DNA of 29,676 nucleotides from Agathobacter sp. (GTDB taxonomy: Bacteria > Bacillota > Clostridia > Lachnospirales > Lachnospiraceae), in contig CAVJQN010000063.1 in NCBI GenBank assembly GCA_963651635.1, forward strand, positions 1 to 29,676, written 5' to 3'. Made by a program: the position numbers and the translations under genes. How positions within the stretch are numbered: the first letter of the stretch is position 1; every line of letters begins with the position of its first letter. The notes under the pieces were generated by a model. It made no database searches and was not told where the DNA came from. It saw nothing but the letters and a program-made list of their open reading frames with translations. This document shows positions 17,139 through 27,276 of this stretch, piece after piece.

Positions 17139-17807
17139 ATGGCTGAATATAAAGAGATATCAAAAGAGATCATAGATGAGTTTTTGAAGTTCGACACGCC
17201 TGCGGTATCAGATGCGATGGACCGTCTCGGACTGAAGGCCGGACTGCTGGGCATCCATGCCGTAGTCCCGGGTACACGTATGTGCGGACCTGCATTTACG
17301 GTGCACTACGTCCCCTGCGGGATCCACAAGGACAATGTCGGAGACTTCATAGATGATGTAAAGCCGGGTCAGGTGGTCGTCATCGACAACGGCGGGCGGC
17401 TGGACTGCACGGTATGGGGCGATATCATGTCGCTGTATGCCTCCAAGAACGGTATCGCAGGCACTCTGATCGACGGCGTATGCCGTGATGTACCCGTGAT
17501 CCGCGAGCTGCACTATCCTATATTTACCAAGAGCACCTATATGGTCACCGGCAAGGACCGCGTCTATGTGGATCATATCAACGAGCCGGTCAATATCAGC
17601 AATGTGCAGGTGCTGCCGGGTGATCTGATACTCGCCGACGACACCGGCGCTGTGGTCATACCGCAGACAAGAGCCGAGGAGATCCTCGCCGTCGCCAAGG
17701 AGATAGAGGAGAAGGAAGAGGCTATCCGTCAGCGCGTGCTCGCCGGAAGCCGCCTCAAGGACGCGCGCCGCGAGCTGGGCTATCACCAGCTCCAGACCAG
17801 ACGCTGA
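17139..17807 (+). CDS. RraA-family / HMG-CHA aldolase-like protein 3
   Basis: VSDAMD, GPAFTV, VIDNGG, WGD-X20-RD motif, PGDLILADDTG; starts 1 nt after the previous stop. Confidence 0.9.
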   Translation: MAEYKEISKEIIDEFLKFDTPAVSDAMDRLGLKAGLLGIHAVVPGTRMCGPAFTVHYVPCGIHKDNVGDFIDDVKPGQVVVIDNGGRLDCTVWGDIMSLYASKNGIAGTLIDGVCRDVPVIRELHYPIFTKSTYMVTGKDRVYVDHINEPVNISNVQVLPGDLILADDTGAVVIPQTRAEEILAVAKEIEEKEEAIRQRVLAGSRLKDARRELGYHQLQTRR

Positions 17808-17808
17808 C

Positions 17809-17837
17809 TTGCGGGATTGTAAAAAGAATACTATGAT
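17809..17837 (+). promoter_or_regulatory. Promoter of the RpiR regulator
   Basis: TTGCGG (17809-17814), 17 bp, TATGAT (17832-17837). Confidence 0.5.
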
Positions 17838-17841
17838 ATCA

Positions 17842-17901
17842 GGGTCTCAAAGTCAAAAAGTCGTTCGTGCTTGCACGATAAGACGTTTGACCTTGAGACC
17901 C
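17842..17901. repeat. 60-bp imperfect palindrome / long hairpin upstream of the RpiR gene
   Basis: GGGTCTCAA-A-GTCAAA...TCGTGC-TT-GCACGA...TTTGAC-C-TTGAGACCC. Confidence 0.75.
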
Positions 17902-17939
17902 GCAAAACATAAAATACCTTCAAACAGGCAGGGATATAC

Positions 17940-18794
17940 ATGGAAAATCTGGAAGAGCGCATCAAGAGCAGCAATCTGACGCAGGCACACCGCAGGATAG
18001 CGGAGTTCTGTCTGCAAAACAAGCAGGCGCTGCCCCTGCTGTCCACAGCCGAGATAGCACGTCAGACCGGGGTCAGCGATGTGTCGGTCATCCGGTTCGT
18101 CCGTTCGCTGGGATACTCCGGCTTCGTGGAGTTCAAGCAGGCTATACAGGCGGAGATAGCTAATACCTCTGCGGATACGCTCTCGCCCAGCCCGATAGTC
18201 AGCTATGTATCAAAAAAGAACAATCCCTGTGACAATACAGAGTCAGAGGACATCAAGACAGCCTATCTCCGTATAGTGGGTGATATCTTCAATCGCAATT
18301 CTCCCAAGATATTTGAGGCGGCTGCCAAGATGATACTCGGAAGCAGGAACAGGTACATCCTCGGTACGCGTTTCCGTCATGCCTCGGCGGAGATATGTGC
18401 AAATCTGCTGAAGCTGACTACGCCGAACATCCTGCTGCTGCCGGCTGCCGACTACTCCGCATTTCAATCGGCGATGGACTTCACGCATGACGACTGTCTG
18501 ATATGGTTCTGCTTCGGACGATATACGAATTATGAGAAGCAGATGCTCCAGTTCATCCGCCGCAGCGGGATCAGTCTGATAGTGATAACCGATCAGCGCG
18601 CGTCCGAGATAGCACTGGAGGCAGACCTGCTGATACAGTCCATAGGGCGTACCGTGCTTCCCTTCTACTCATCCACGGCGAACTGCATCATATCGGAGCA
18701 GATAGCCAATGCGGTACTTTCAATGGAATGGATCGGTACGGAGAAGCGTCTGCGCGACTTCGAGCACGTGCTGAGCACTATGGAGACCGACTGA
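17940..18794 (+). CDS. MurR/RpiR family transcriptional regulator (HTH_6 + SIS)
   Basis: LT...RRIAEF, STAEIARQTGVSDVSVIRFVRSLGYSGF.EFK; SIS-like C-terminus (ILG, IVITD..S..A..AD). Confidence 0.93.
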   Translation: MENLEERIKSSNLTQAHRRIAEFCLQNKQALPLLSTAEIARQTGVSDVSVIRFVRSLGYSGFVEFKQAIQAEIANTSADTLSPSPIVSYVSKKNNPCDNTESEDIKTAYLRIVGDIFNRNSPKIFEAAAKMILGSRNRYILGTRFRHASAEICANLLKLTTPNILLLPAADYSAFQSAMDFTHDDCLIWFCFGRYTNYEKQMLQFIRRSGISLIVITDQRASEIALEADLLIQSIGRTVLPFYSSTANCIISEQIANAVLSMEWIGTEKRLRDFEHVLSTMETD

Positions 18795-18868
18795 GGAAAT
18801 GCTGATTAAATCAGTGTTCCCCTACAAGGCGCGCAGGACTGCACGAGGTTGCGGCATAAAACACAATA

Positions 18869-18918
18869 AAAAGCTCCCTCACCCAAGGTTTACTGCAAGC
18901 CGGGGTGTGGGAGCTTTT
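18869..18918. terminator. Bidirectional intrinsic terminator between convergent rpiR and eno
   Basis: AAAAGCTCCC-TCACCC...GGGTGT-GGGAGCTTTT inverted repeat, A run before and T run after. Confidence 0.75.
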
Positions 18919-19024
18919 GATATGTATATGACGCACCTGATATTTTGCGGGAAGCTGTACTCTCATGCAAAGATATGATTAAAGGTATGCCTCACATACA
19001 GATGCATCATATACAGCTATCCGC

Positions 19025-20416
<1,392 letters not shown>

Positions 20417-22630
20417 CTACTCGCCCATGATCAGGCTCCTGCGGTATCTGCCCGGCGTCATTCCGGTATATTTGCCGAATACGCGGATAAAGGTCTGCTG
20501 AGATGTATAGCCTACAGCCGAGGCGATATCCTTGATGCTGATGCCCGTGTCTGCAAGCAGCTCCTGAGCCTTTTTGACGCGCAGGGTGTTCAGATATCCG
20601 AGGAAGTTGACACTGGTCTTGGCCTTGAATAACTTGGACAGATAGGTCGGATTGAGTCCCACTGCCTCCGCGATGGAGTTCAGAGACACATCAGGTTCGA
20701 GATAATGCGCATCCAGATAGTCAAACACCTGACGGATCCGCGAGGTCTGGTATCCCTTATAGTAGTCCGTGACGACCGTCAGTATATCCTTATAAAGGCC
20801 GATAAATTCCTCACGTGCACTTTGATATATATCTTCGGTCATCTCTGAGGGATAGGTGATGCTGTGTGATTCCGTGTCCTCCGGCATAGGTATATATCTC
20901 TCTGCCGCCTTGCTCAGCAGGATCACACGAAACTGCTCCAGCCTCTGCCATTTGCTCGACAGGGGCTTTGTCAGGCCATCGACATGCTCGGCAAACCTAG
21001 AGATATCATCCATCGCCGACGCCAATCCGTCACGAGCGGCAGCATCTATGACTGCTGCGGCCTGCTCATGCATATAGTCATATTCCCGGATTCTGTCGGA
21101 GTGATCCTGAGAGCAGTAATACACCGCCTGTCTGTATCCGGACTCCAGCAGCATGACATCGTTATACAGCTCGCTTCTCCCGACATTGACCATGAGTCCG
21201 GCCTTGCGAAACTCGTTGTCAGCTCTTCCGGAAAATATCTTCCACTCCATCTCCATCTGCGGATAGTCCATATCGCGCAGTTCTGCCAGCAGAACCAGAT
21301 GTCTCTCCCTGTATAGTATCTGCGTGACAACACGAAAATGCCCGGTGTCAAACGGATATGCATCAAGTATCTCCGCTGCCTTTTCCAGCCATTCCGACGT
21401 AGTCTCCTCATTGAAATCGGAAAGAACAGCAACCGCATAGGAGCCCTCATCATCGAACGGGATGGCCAGCATCTGGAACATCCTCGCAACGTAGGTGCGA
21501 TCCGTGACTCTGCCTGTCAGCAGATTGCGGATGAACTGCTCCCTCAGCTCCGGCATGATCCCGTTCAGGATATGATCTACGGTCGAGCGATTGTATGAGT
21601 AGTCGCTGAGCACATTTTTCAGAAAGGTCAGCTCGTTGCCGTCTGTCGTCTCCTTCGCTCCGAAGCTCTCCTCGGCAGTCCTTACCATCTCCTGCAGCGG
21701 CGTCACATAGCGTGCAATCAGCAGCTTCGCCAGCAGCATCGTAGCCGCAAGTATCAGAATACTCGTGATCAGCAGGTACAGAGCAAGATCCTCTCCCGGC
21801 ATGATGAAAGAGGAGCGTCCGACATTGGTCACGAAGCGCATCCCTGTCAGCGGTGATACCCGCTGTATCCATGACGCACCGAGCTGAGCGCTTTGTGCGG
21901 AGGCTGCATCGGCAGCTGTGCCTGTGCTCAGAGTCTCCCGATCCTCATCCGATGCCCCGGACAACAGCAGCGTCCCGTCGGGGCTCAGCATGCTCAGGCC
22001 TGAGGGATAGCTGTGACTTTGCATCACTGTCCTCAGCAAAGAGGAGTTCAGTCTGCACATGAGGACGCCTCTCCTTTTCTCACCGGTGAACGGAAACGGT
22101 CTGAACAGGCACAGGTTTTCTCCGTCTACATAAACGTCTGTTGTATACCCGTTGCGCTGAAACCCGGTACAGGAAAGCTCTCCGTCAATATAGGCTTTCA
22201 TCAGATCGCCTGTCGGCAGAGCGACATAATCTTCTATATGTGTATCTGAAGAAATGACACATTTCTGTTCTTCCAGATACAAACGCATCTCATTTATCAG
22301 CTGTGTCTTGGTCGCTATGGTATTGAGCGAGAGTCCTGCTCGTGAGTTCTTGACAGAGCGCTGGTCCGGAGTCGAGAATATATCGGCGACTATCTCTGAG
22401 GAAAGTGTGATATGGGTGAGTGTGTCAGCGATATTGCTCAGCGTCGTGTCAAAGAATGTGATTGAATCGCTCAGACTGTTTTCGTACTGATCGCGGATAC
22501 GCCGCTGCTGCTCCGTGTTAAATATCAAAGAAATGACTATGGTGACTGCGATAAGTATAAAAATCGAGAATACGGCCAGTAGCCGTACTATCTCCAGATA
22601 TACATCATTTTTTCTGAATATTTGTTTCAT
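20417..22630 (-). CDS. Membrane-anchored AraC family regulator (YesS-like): TM, extracytoplasmic sensor, TM, cytoplasmic domain, C-terminal AraC HTH
   Basis: Hydrophobic helices near residues 15-37 and 283-305, P-L..M and NE motifs after TM2, C-terminal SLNSIAEAVGLNPTYLSKLFK...IASAVGY....FIRVF.K.TGMTPGRYR. Confidence 0.9.
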   Translation of the reverse strand: MKQIFRKNDVYLEIVRLLAVFSIFILIAVTIVISLIFNTEQQRRIRDQYENSLSDSITFFDTTLSNIADTLTHITLSSEIVADIFSTPDQRSVKNSRAGLSLNTIATKTQLINEMRLYLEEQKCVISSDTHIEDYVALPTGDLMKAYIDGELSCTGFQRNGYTTDVYVDGENLCLFRPFPFTGEKRRGVLMCRLNSSLLRTVMQSHSYPSGLSMLSPDGTLLLSGASDEDRETLSTGTAADAASAQSAQLGASWIQRVSPLTGMRFVTNVGRSSFIMPGEDLALYLLITSILILAATMLLAKLLIARYVTPLQEMVRTAEESFGAKETTDGNELTFLKNVLSDYSYNRSTVDHILNGIMPELREQFIRNLLTGRVTDRTYVARMFQMLAIPFDDEGSYAVAVLSDFNEETTSEWLEKAAEILDAYPFDTGHFRVVTQILYRERHLVLLAELRDMDYPQMEMEWKIFSGRADNEFRKAGLMVNVGRSELYNDVMLLESGYRQAVYYCSQDHSDRIREYDYMHEQAAAVIDAAARDGLASAMDDISRFAEHVDGLTKPLSSKWQRLEQFRVILLSKAAERYIPMPEDTESHSITYPSEMTEDIYQSAREEFIGLYKDILTVVTDYYKGYQTSRIRQVFDYLDAHYLEPDVSLNSIAEAVGLNPTYLSKLFKAKTSVNFLGYLNTLRVKKAQELLADTGISIKDIASAVGYTSQQTFIRVFGKYTGMTPGRYRRSLIMGE

Positions 22631-22719
22631 CGCCGTCCCCTGTCACATCTGTACCTGCGGGGTCCGAAAGCCTCTCCGGAGATTCATCGCAAGCCCGACA
22701 TGTGATTCAGATGTCCTTC

Positions 22720-22748
22720 AGTATATACACAAAACGCCATAATGGCAA
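22720..22748 (-). promoter_or_regulatory. Promoter of the AraC regulator
   Basis: Minus strand TTGCCA (22748-22743), 17 bp, TATACT (22725-22720). Confidence 0.65.
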
Positions 22749-22895
22749 ATTCACATTTCTTGTCATCATGCATATTATTATGCGTTTTTGACAAAAATCA
22801 TGCAGTTGTGAAAGTTTCATTTATTTATTTTGTCGTGCGGCAATGATAAGAAATGAATGCAACAAATTTTGTTCCGATTTTTGAAGGAGGAATAT

Positions 22896-24461
22896 ATGAA
22901 GAAGAGAATCATGGCGGCAATCATGGCGGCGGCGCTGGCATTGAGCCTTACGGCATGCGGCGGCTCATCCGGCACCGGCTCATCCGGCTCGGCACAGACA
23001 GATGCGAAGTCGGACGAACCTATCACATTTACCATCAGCTCTACCGAGGATATCCAGTCTCTCGATCCGGGCATGGCGATGAATACGCCTTCATCTATGC
23101 TGTTTCCGCTGGCATATGATAATCTGATTCGTACCGATGCAGAGCTGAAGTTCCATCCCGGGCTGTTCAAGGAATGGTCATCCTCAGAGGACGGCAAGGA
23201 CTGGTCAGTTACTCTCCAGGAGGGCGTGAAGTTCCATTCAGGAGACCCGTTCGATACGAAGTCCATCAAGGCGACGTTTGAGCGCTATGCTCAGGACGGT
23301 ACACTGCGTGTGAACTCCTCATGGAAAACTCTTGATAATGTAGAGATCGTAGACGACACGCACTGCATCTTCCATTTCAGCAGCCCGTTTGCGACATTTG
23401 AATCAACCGCATCCAATGCATTCTATATAAATGCTTATGCGTGGGAGAAGGAGGGCGATGCCTACTTCGATCATGTGGACGGCTGCGGCCCGTACCGTCT
23501 GACCTCATGGGATCCCGGCAACGAGGTTGTCTTCGAGCTCGACAAGGAATATGAGTTCTGGGACAGCGCGACATACAGCCCGAACGTAGACAAGATTGTC
23601 TATAAGCCTGTCAACGAGGATATCACCCGCGTCTCCTCCATCAAGGTCGGCGAGTTCCAGATGATCCTCTCCGCTCCCTTTGAGGAGATTGAAGGTCTGA
23701 AATCGGCAGATGGCGTCACCTTTGTTCCGTTCACGGGTACTCAGATCGGCTGGTTCGGCCTGCAGTGCGCAGAGGGCAAGCTCTTCAATGACATCAATAT
23801 CCGCAGAGCGCTGTCCATGTGCATCGACCGTGAGTCTATCGTAAGCGCTATCTACGGAGGCATGGGCACAGCATCTACACAGTTCACGATTCCCTTTGAT
23901 ATCGGATATATCGACGGATACGAGTCGGATTACTACAAGTATGACCCCGACAAGGCCAGAGAGCTGCTGGCGCAGTCATCCTACAACGGTGAGGCTATAG
24001 ATTTCATGGCTGCCTCCACCTTCCTGCCCCGAACCTCCGAGCTGGTACAGGCCATCATCTCCATGATGGAGGATGTAGGCTTCAATGTAGAGCTGTCCAT
24101 GCTGGAGAGTGCGTCCTTCCTCGACAGACGTGCATCGGGTGACTATGATATGTGCCTCTCCAACTTTGACCAGTCTGCCAACAGTGCCTTCTGGTGCTAT
24201 CTGCAGGTATCTACGAACTACGGAAACTACAACGGCACGCAGGAGGTCAGAGATGCTTTTGAGGCGGCAAACGGCGCGCCCAATGCTCAGGAGCAGCAGG
24301 AAAAACTGCAGGCTGCATACAAAATCATGAACGAGGACTGCGATCCGCTGGTCGGCCTGTTTATCCTCGACGGCAACTACGCAGTACGCGACGGATGGAG
24401 CAACTTCGTGGTACGTCCCAACCGCACCGTGGATCTGCTCGGTCTCACCTACGCCAAATGA
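22896..24461 (+). CDS. Family-5 ABC solute-binding lipoprotein
   Basis: Start moved to MKKRIM (22896, GAAGGAGG RBS); lipobox LTAC, G/S tether, LDPG, LQEGVKFHSGDPF, GCGPY, IRRALSMCIDR, YDPDKARELL. Confidence 0.93.
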   Translation: MKKRIMAAIMAAALALSLTACGGSSGTGSSGSAQTDAKSDEPITFTISSTEDIQSLDPGMAMNTPSSMLFPLAYDNLIRTDAELKFHPGLFKEWSSSEDGKDWSVTLQEGVKFHSGDPFDTKSIKATFERYAQDGTLRVNSSWKTLDNVEIVDDTHCIFHFSSPFATFESTASNAFYINAYAWEKEGDAYFDHVDGCGPYRLTSWDPGNEVVFELDKEYEFWDSATYSPNVDKIVYKPVNEDITRVSSIKVGEFQMILSAPFEEIEGLKSADGVTFVPFTGTQIGWFGLQCAEGKLFNDINIRRALSMCIDRESIVSAIYGGMGTASTQFTIPFDIGYIDGYESDYYKYDPDKARELLAQSSYNGEAIDFMAASTFLPRTSELVQAIISMMEDVGFNVELSMLESASFLDRRASGDYDMCLSNFDQSANSAFWCYLQVSTNYGNYNGTQEVRDAFEAANGAPNAQEQQEKLQAAYKIMNEDCDPLVGLFILDGNYAVRDGWSNFVVRPNRTVDLLGLTYAK

Positions 24462-24506
24462 CAAATACGCTTAAAATGCAAGATAAGCTAAGAGGAAACT
24501 GCCTAA

Positions 24507-25436
24507 ATGAATCCAAAGATAAAATTTCTGATTAAAAGGCTGGCCTATTCGGTGCTCGTGCTGCTGGTCGCCTCCATGGTGGCGTTCTTCATATTGCGGC
24601 TCATCCCCGGAGATCCGGCGAGGATCATGCTGGGAGACAGCGCCTCTCCGGAGCAGCTGGCCGAGTACCGCAGCTCCATGGGACTGGACAAGCCTATACT
24701 GGTTCAATACGGAATGTTCATCGGCAGGGTGCTGAGGGGCGATTTCGGAGTATCTACGTACTACAACAAGAGCTGCATAGATCTGATCTCCTCACGTATG
24801 CCCGCGACTATCCAGCTGACATGCTTTGCGACGCTGGTATCGCTGGTCACGAGCATACCGATTGGTCTTCTTGCCAGCAAGAAAAAGGGCGGCTTCTTCG
24901 ACATATTCGGCATGTTCATCGCCGTGATGGGCAATGCACTCTCACCTGTATGGCTGGGAGTGCTGCTCATCCTGGTGTTTGGCGTGACGCTGAAGGTGCT
25001 GCCGGTTCAGGGCTACGGCTCCTTTGCCAATATCATCCTTCCGGGCGTGACGCTGGGCATGTCGATGACTGCCGCAGTGGTGCGTCAGCTCCGCTCCAGT
25101 ATGTTTGACATACTGAGCGAGGACTACATCACTGCGACATATGCGAGAGGTCTCAATAAATTCACTGTGTTCACGAAGTTTGCCCTCAAGAACGCTATGC
25201 TCCCCGTAATCACAATCATCGGATTGAACATAGCCAACATGCTCGCCGGATCAGTGATTACCGAGAGTGTATTCGGCTGGCCGGGCATCGGCAACCTGAT
25301 GATGAAATCCGTATCGCTTCGTGATTATCCCTTGGTGCAGGCGATATTGTTGATCTCGTCAAGCCTGTTCGTACTGGTGAATCTGGCGGTAGATATCGTA
25401 TATACGCTGGTGGATCCGCGGATGAAGCTGGGTTAA
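24507..25436 (+). CDS. Opp/Dpp/Nik-type ABC permease (B subunit)
   Basis: PGDPA, GLDKP..QY, GDFGVS, EDYITATYARG, ALKN, ESVFGWPGIG, RDYP, DPR. Confidence 0.95.
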   Translation: MNPKIKFLIKRLAYSVLVLLVASMVAFFILRLIPGDPARIMLGDSASPEQLAEYRSSMGLDKPILVQYGMFIGRVLRGDFGVSTYYNKSCIDLISSRMPATIQLTCFATLVSLVTSIPIGLLASKKKGGFFDIFGMFIAVMGNALSPVWLGVLLILVFGVTLKVLPVQGYGSFANIILPGVTLGMSMTAAVVRQLRSSMFDILSEDYITATYARGLNKFTVFTKFALKNAMLPVITIIGLNIANMLAGSVITESVFGWPGIGNLMMKSVSLRDYPLVQAILLISSSLFVLVNLAVDIVYTLVDPRMKLG

Positions 25437-25446
25437 GGAGGTCAAT

Positions 25447-26301
25447 ATGTCAAGAAAAGAACTATTCAGGCGTATGCGCAAGAGCCAGTTCTTTATGATA
25501 GGCTTTGTGCTCTCGCTCATTATCGTGCTGCTCGCGCTGCTCGCGCCGTATATCATCCGCTTTGATCCCGAGAAGGTCAATCTGGCACAGAAGCTGATAG
25601 CTCCCGAGTGGTTTTCGCACGGCCTGTCAGGACATATCCTCGGCACGGACGGCGTGGGTGAAGACATCTTCTCAAGGCTCCTCATAGGAAGCCGTGCCTC
25701 ACTGCTCATAGCATTTGCAGGCGTAGTCATCCCGCTCATCATAGGCTCGGTGCTGGGACTTATATCCGGCTACTACGGCGGACTGGTGGATGACATCATC
25801 ATGAGAATCGGAGACGTGCAGATGTCACTTCCCGCCATGATGCTGGCTATAGTCGTGATGGCTGTGCTCGGCGCTTCCACGGCTAATCTGGTCATAGTCG
25901 TCTCTCTGAGCGGCTGGGTACGGTTCGCCCGCATCACGAGAGCGTCCGTGCTCTCCATCAGGGACTCGGAGTTCGTGAAGGCTTCCGTGGTGCTCGGCGC
26001 CTCTGACCGACATATACTCTTCACGCAGATACTTCCGAACTGTCTGACACCGCTGATCATCAGTGCCAGTCAGTCTTTAGGACAGAACGTGCTTCTCGAG
26101 GCCGGACTGAGCTATCTTGGATGCGGAGTTCCGCTGCCGCACCCGTCATGGGGCTCCATGATATCAGACGGCCGTACATATATCACCTATGCGCCGTGGA
26201 CTGTCATAGTACCGGGTATGGCTCTTATGGTCACTGTACTGGCCTTCAACTTCCTCGGCGACGGAATCCGCGATGTGCTGGATCCCAGAAATAAAGATTA
26301 A
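25447..26301 (+). CDS. Opp/Dpp/Nik-type ABC permease (C subunit)
   Basis: HILGTDGVG.D, EFVKASVVLGA, ILPN, LSYLG, PSWG, GDGIRDVLDP. Confidence 0.95.
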   Translation: MSRKELFRRMRKSQFFMIGFVLSLIIVLLALLAPYIIRFDPEKVNLAQKLIAPEWFSHGLSGHILGTDGVGEDIFSRLLIGSRASLLIAFAGVVIPLIIGSVLGLISGYYGGLVDDIIMRIGDVQMSLPAMMLAIVVMAVLGASTANLVIVVSLSGWVRFARITRASVLSIRDSEFVKASVVLGASDRHILFTQILPNCLTPLIISASQSLGQNVLLEAGLSYLGCGVPLPHPSWGSMISDGRTYITYAPWTVIVPGMALMVTVLAFNFLGDGIRDVLDPRNKD

Positions 26302-26311
26302 GGAGGGCGGC

Positions 26312-27274
26312 ATGGAAGAATTACTTAAAATCGAAAATCTCTATGCGGAATACCGCACCGGCCGCGCTACTGCCAAGGCACTGAACGGGATCAACCTCAC
26401 CATAGGCAAGGGCGAGGCTTTCGGTCTGGTTGGAGAAACAGGCGCAGGCAAGACTACTACGGCGCTCGCGATGTTGAACCTGCTCCCGGAGGGAGTAGGG
26501 CATATCACAGGCGGCGATATCAAATTCAAGGGCGAGAGCGTATTTCAGATGAAGGAAAAGCGTCTGCTGGAGATGCGCGGCAATGAGATAAGCATGATAT
26601 TCCAGAACCCGCTGACGTCGCTCAATCCCGTCTTCACCGTAGGCGAACAGATTGCCGTCGTACTGAGGGTGCATCAGCATCTGAGCAAAAAGGAGGCCGA
26701 TCTGGAGGCCGGACGTATCCTTGAGACCGTAGGCATCCCGGCCAACCGTCGTACGGACTATCCTCACCAGTTTTCAGGAGGCATGCGTCAGCGTGTAGGC
26801 ATCGCTGCGGCGCTGGCCTGCAATCCCGAGCTGCTGATAGCCGATGAGCCGACCACGGCGCTTGACGTTACTATCCAGGCACAGATACTGGAGCTGATGA
26901 AGAAGCTCCAGCACGAGCACTCCACATCGCTGCTCATGATCACCCACAGTCTAGGCATTATCGCGGAGCTGTGTGAGAAGGTCGCGGTAATATATGCAGG
27001 AACCATCGTAGAGACAGGCACAGTCGAGGAGGTATTTACCGATCCTAAGCACTGGTATGCCAAGAGCCTGCTCAACGCCATACCGAGACTGGATCTGGAG
27101 CAGACGCGGCTTGCTCATATCAAGGGCAATGTGGCCAATGCCCAGAGACTCCCCGAGGGCTGCAAGTTCCACCCGCGCTGTGATCACTGCACGCAGCGCT
27201 GCATGACACAGATTCCGCAGCTGAAGCATGTGGGCGGACAGCATTATGCCGCCTGCTTTGAAATGGAGGACTGA
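26312..27274 (+). CDS. Opp/Dpp-type ABC ATP-binding subunit (D subunit)
   Basis: Start moved to MEELLKI (26312, AAGGAGG RBS); GETGAGKTT, FSGGMRQR, ADEPTTALD, GCKFHPRC. Confidence 0.95.
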   Translation: MEELLKIENLYAEYRTGRATAKALNGINLTIGKGEAFGLVGETGAGKTTTALAMLNLLPEGVGHITGGDIKFKGESVFQMKEKRLLEMRGNEISMIFQNPLTSLNPVFTVGEQIAVVLRVHQHLSKKEADLEAGRILETVGIPANRRTDYPHQFSGGMRQRVGIAAALACNPELLIADEPTTALDVTIQAQILELMKKLQHEHSTSLLMITHSLGIIAELCEKVAVIYAGTIVETGTVEEVFTDPKHWYAKSLLNAIPRLDLEQTRLAHIKGNVANAQRLPEGCKFHPRCDHCTQRCMTQIPQLKHVGGQHYAACFEMED

Positions 27275-27276
27275 AC

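Noticed and set aside
15406..17807. Demethylmenaquinone methyltransferase or RNase E inhibitor annotation
   Set aside because: No SAM-binding motif; the methyltransferase label is a known misannotation of this family; aldolase metal motifs and catabolic context are present
22755..22875. Short palindromes and TTTTG(T/A)C-like repeats upstream of the locus-2 SBP as AraC or cre sites
   Set aside because: AT-rich background, irregular spacing, no convincing consensus match
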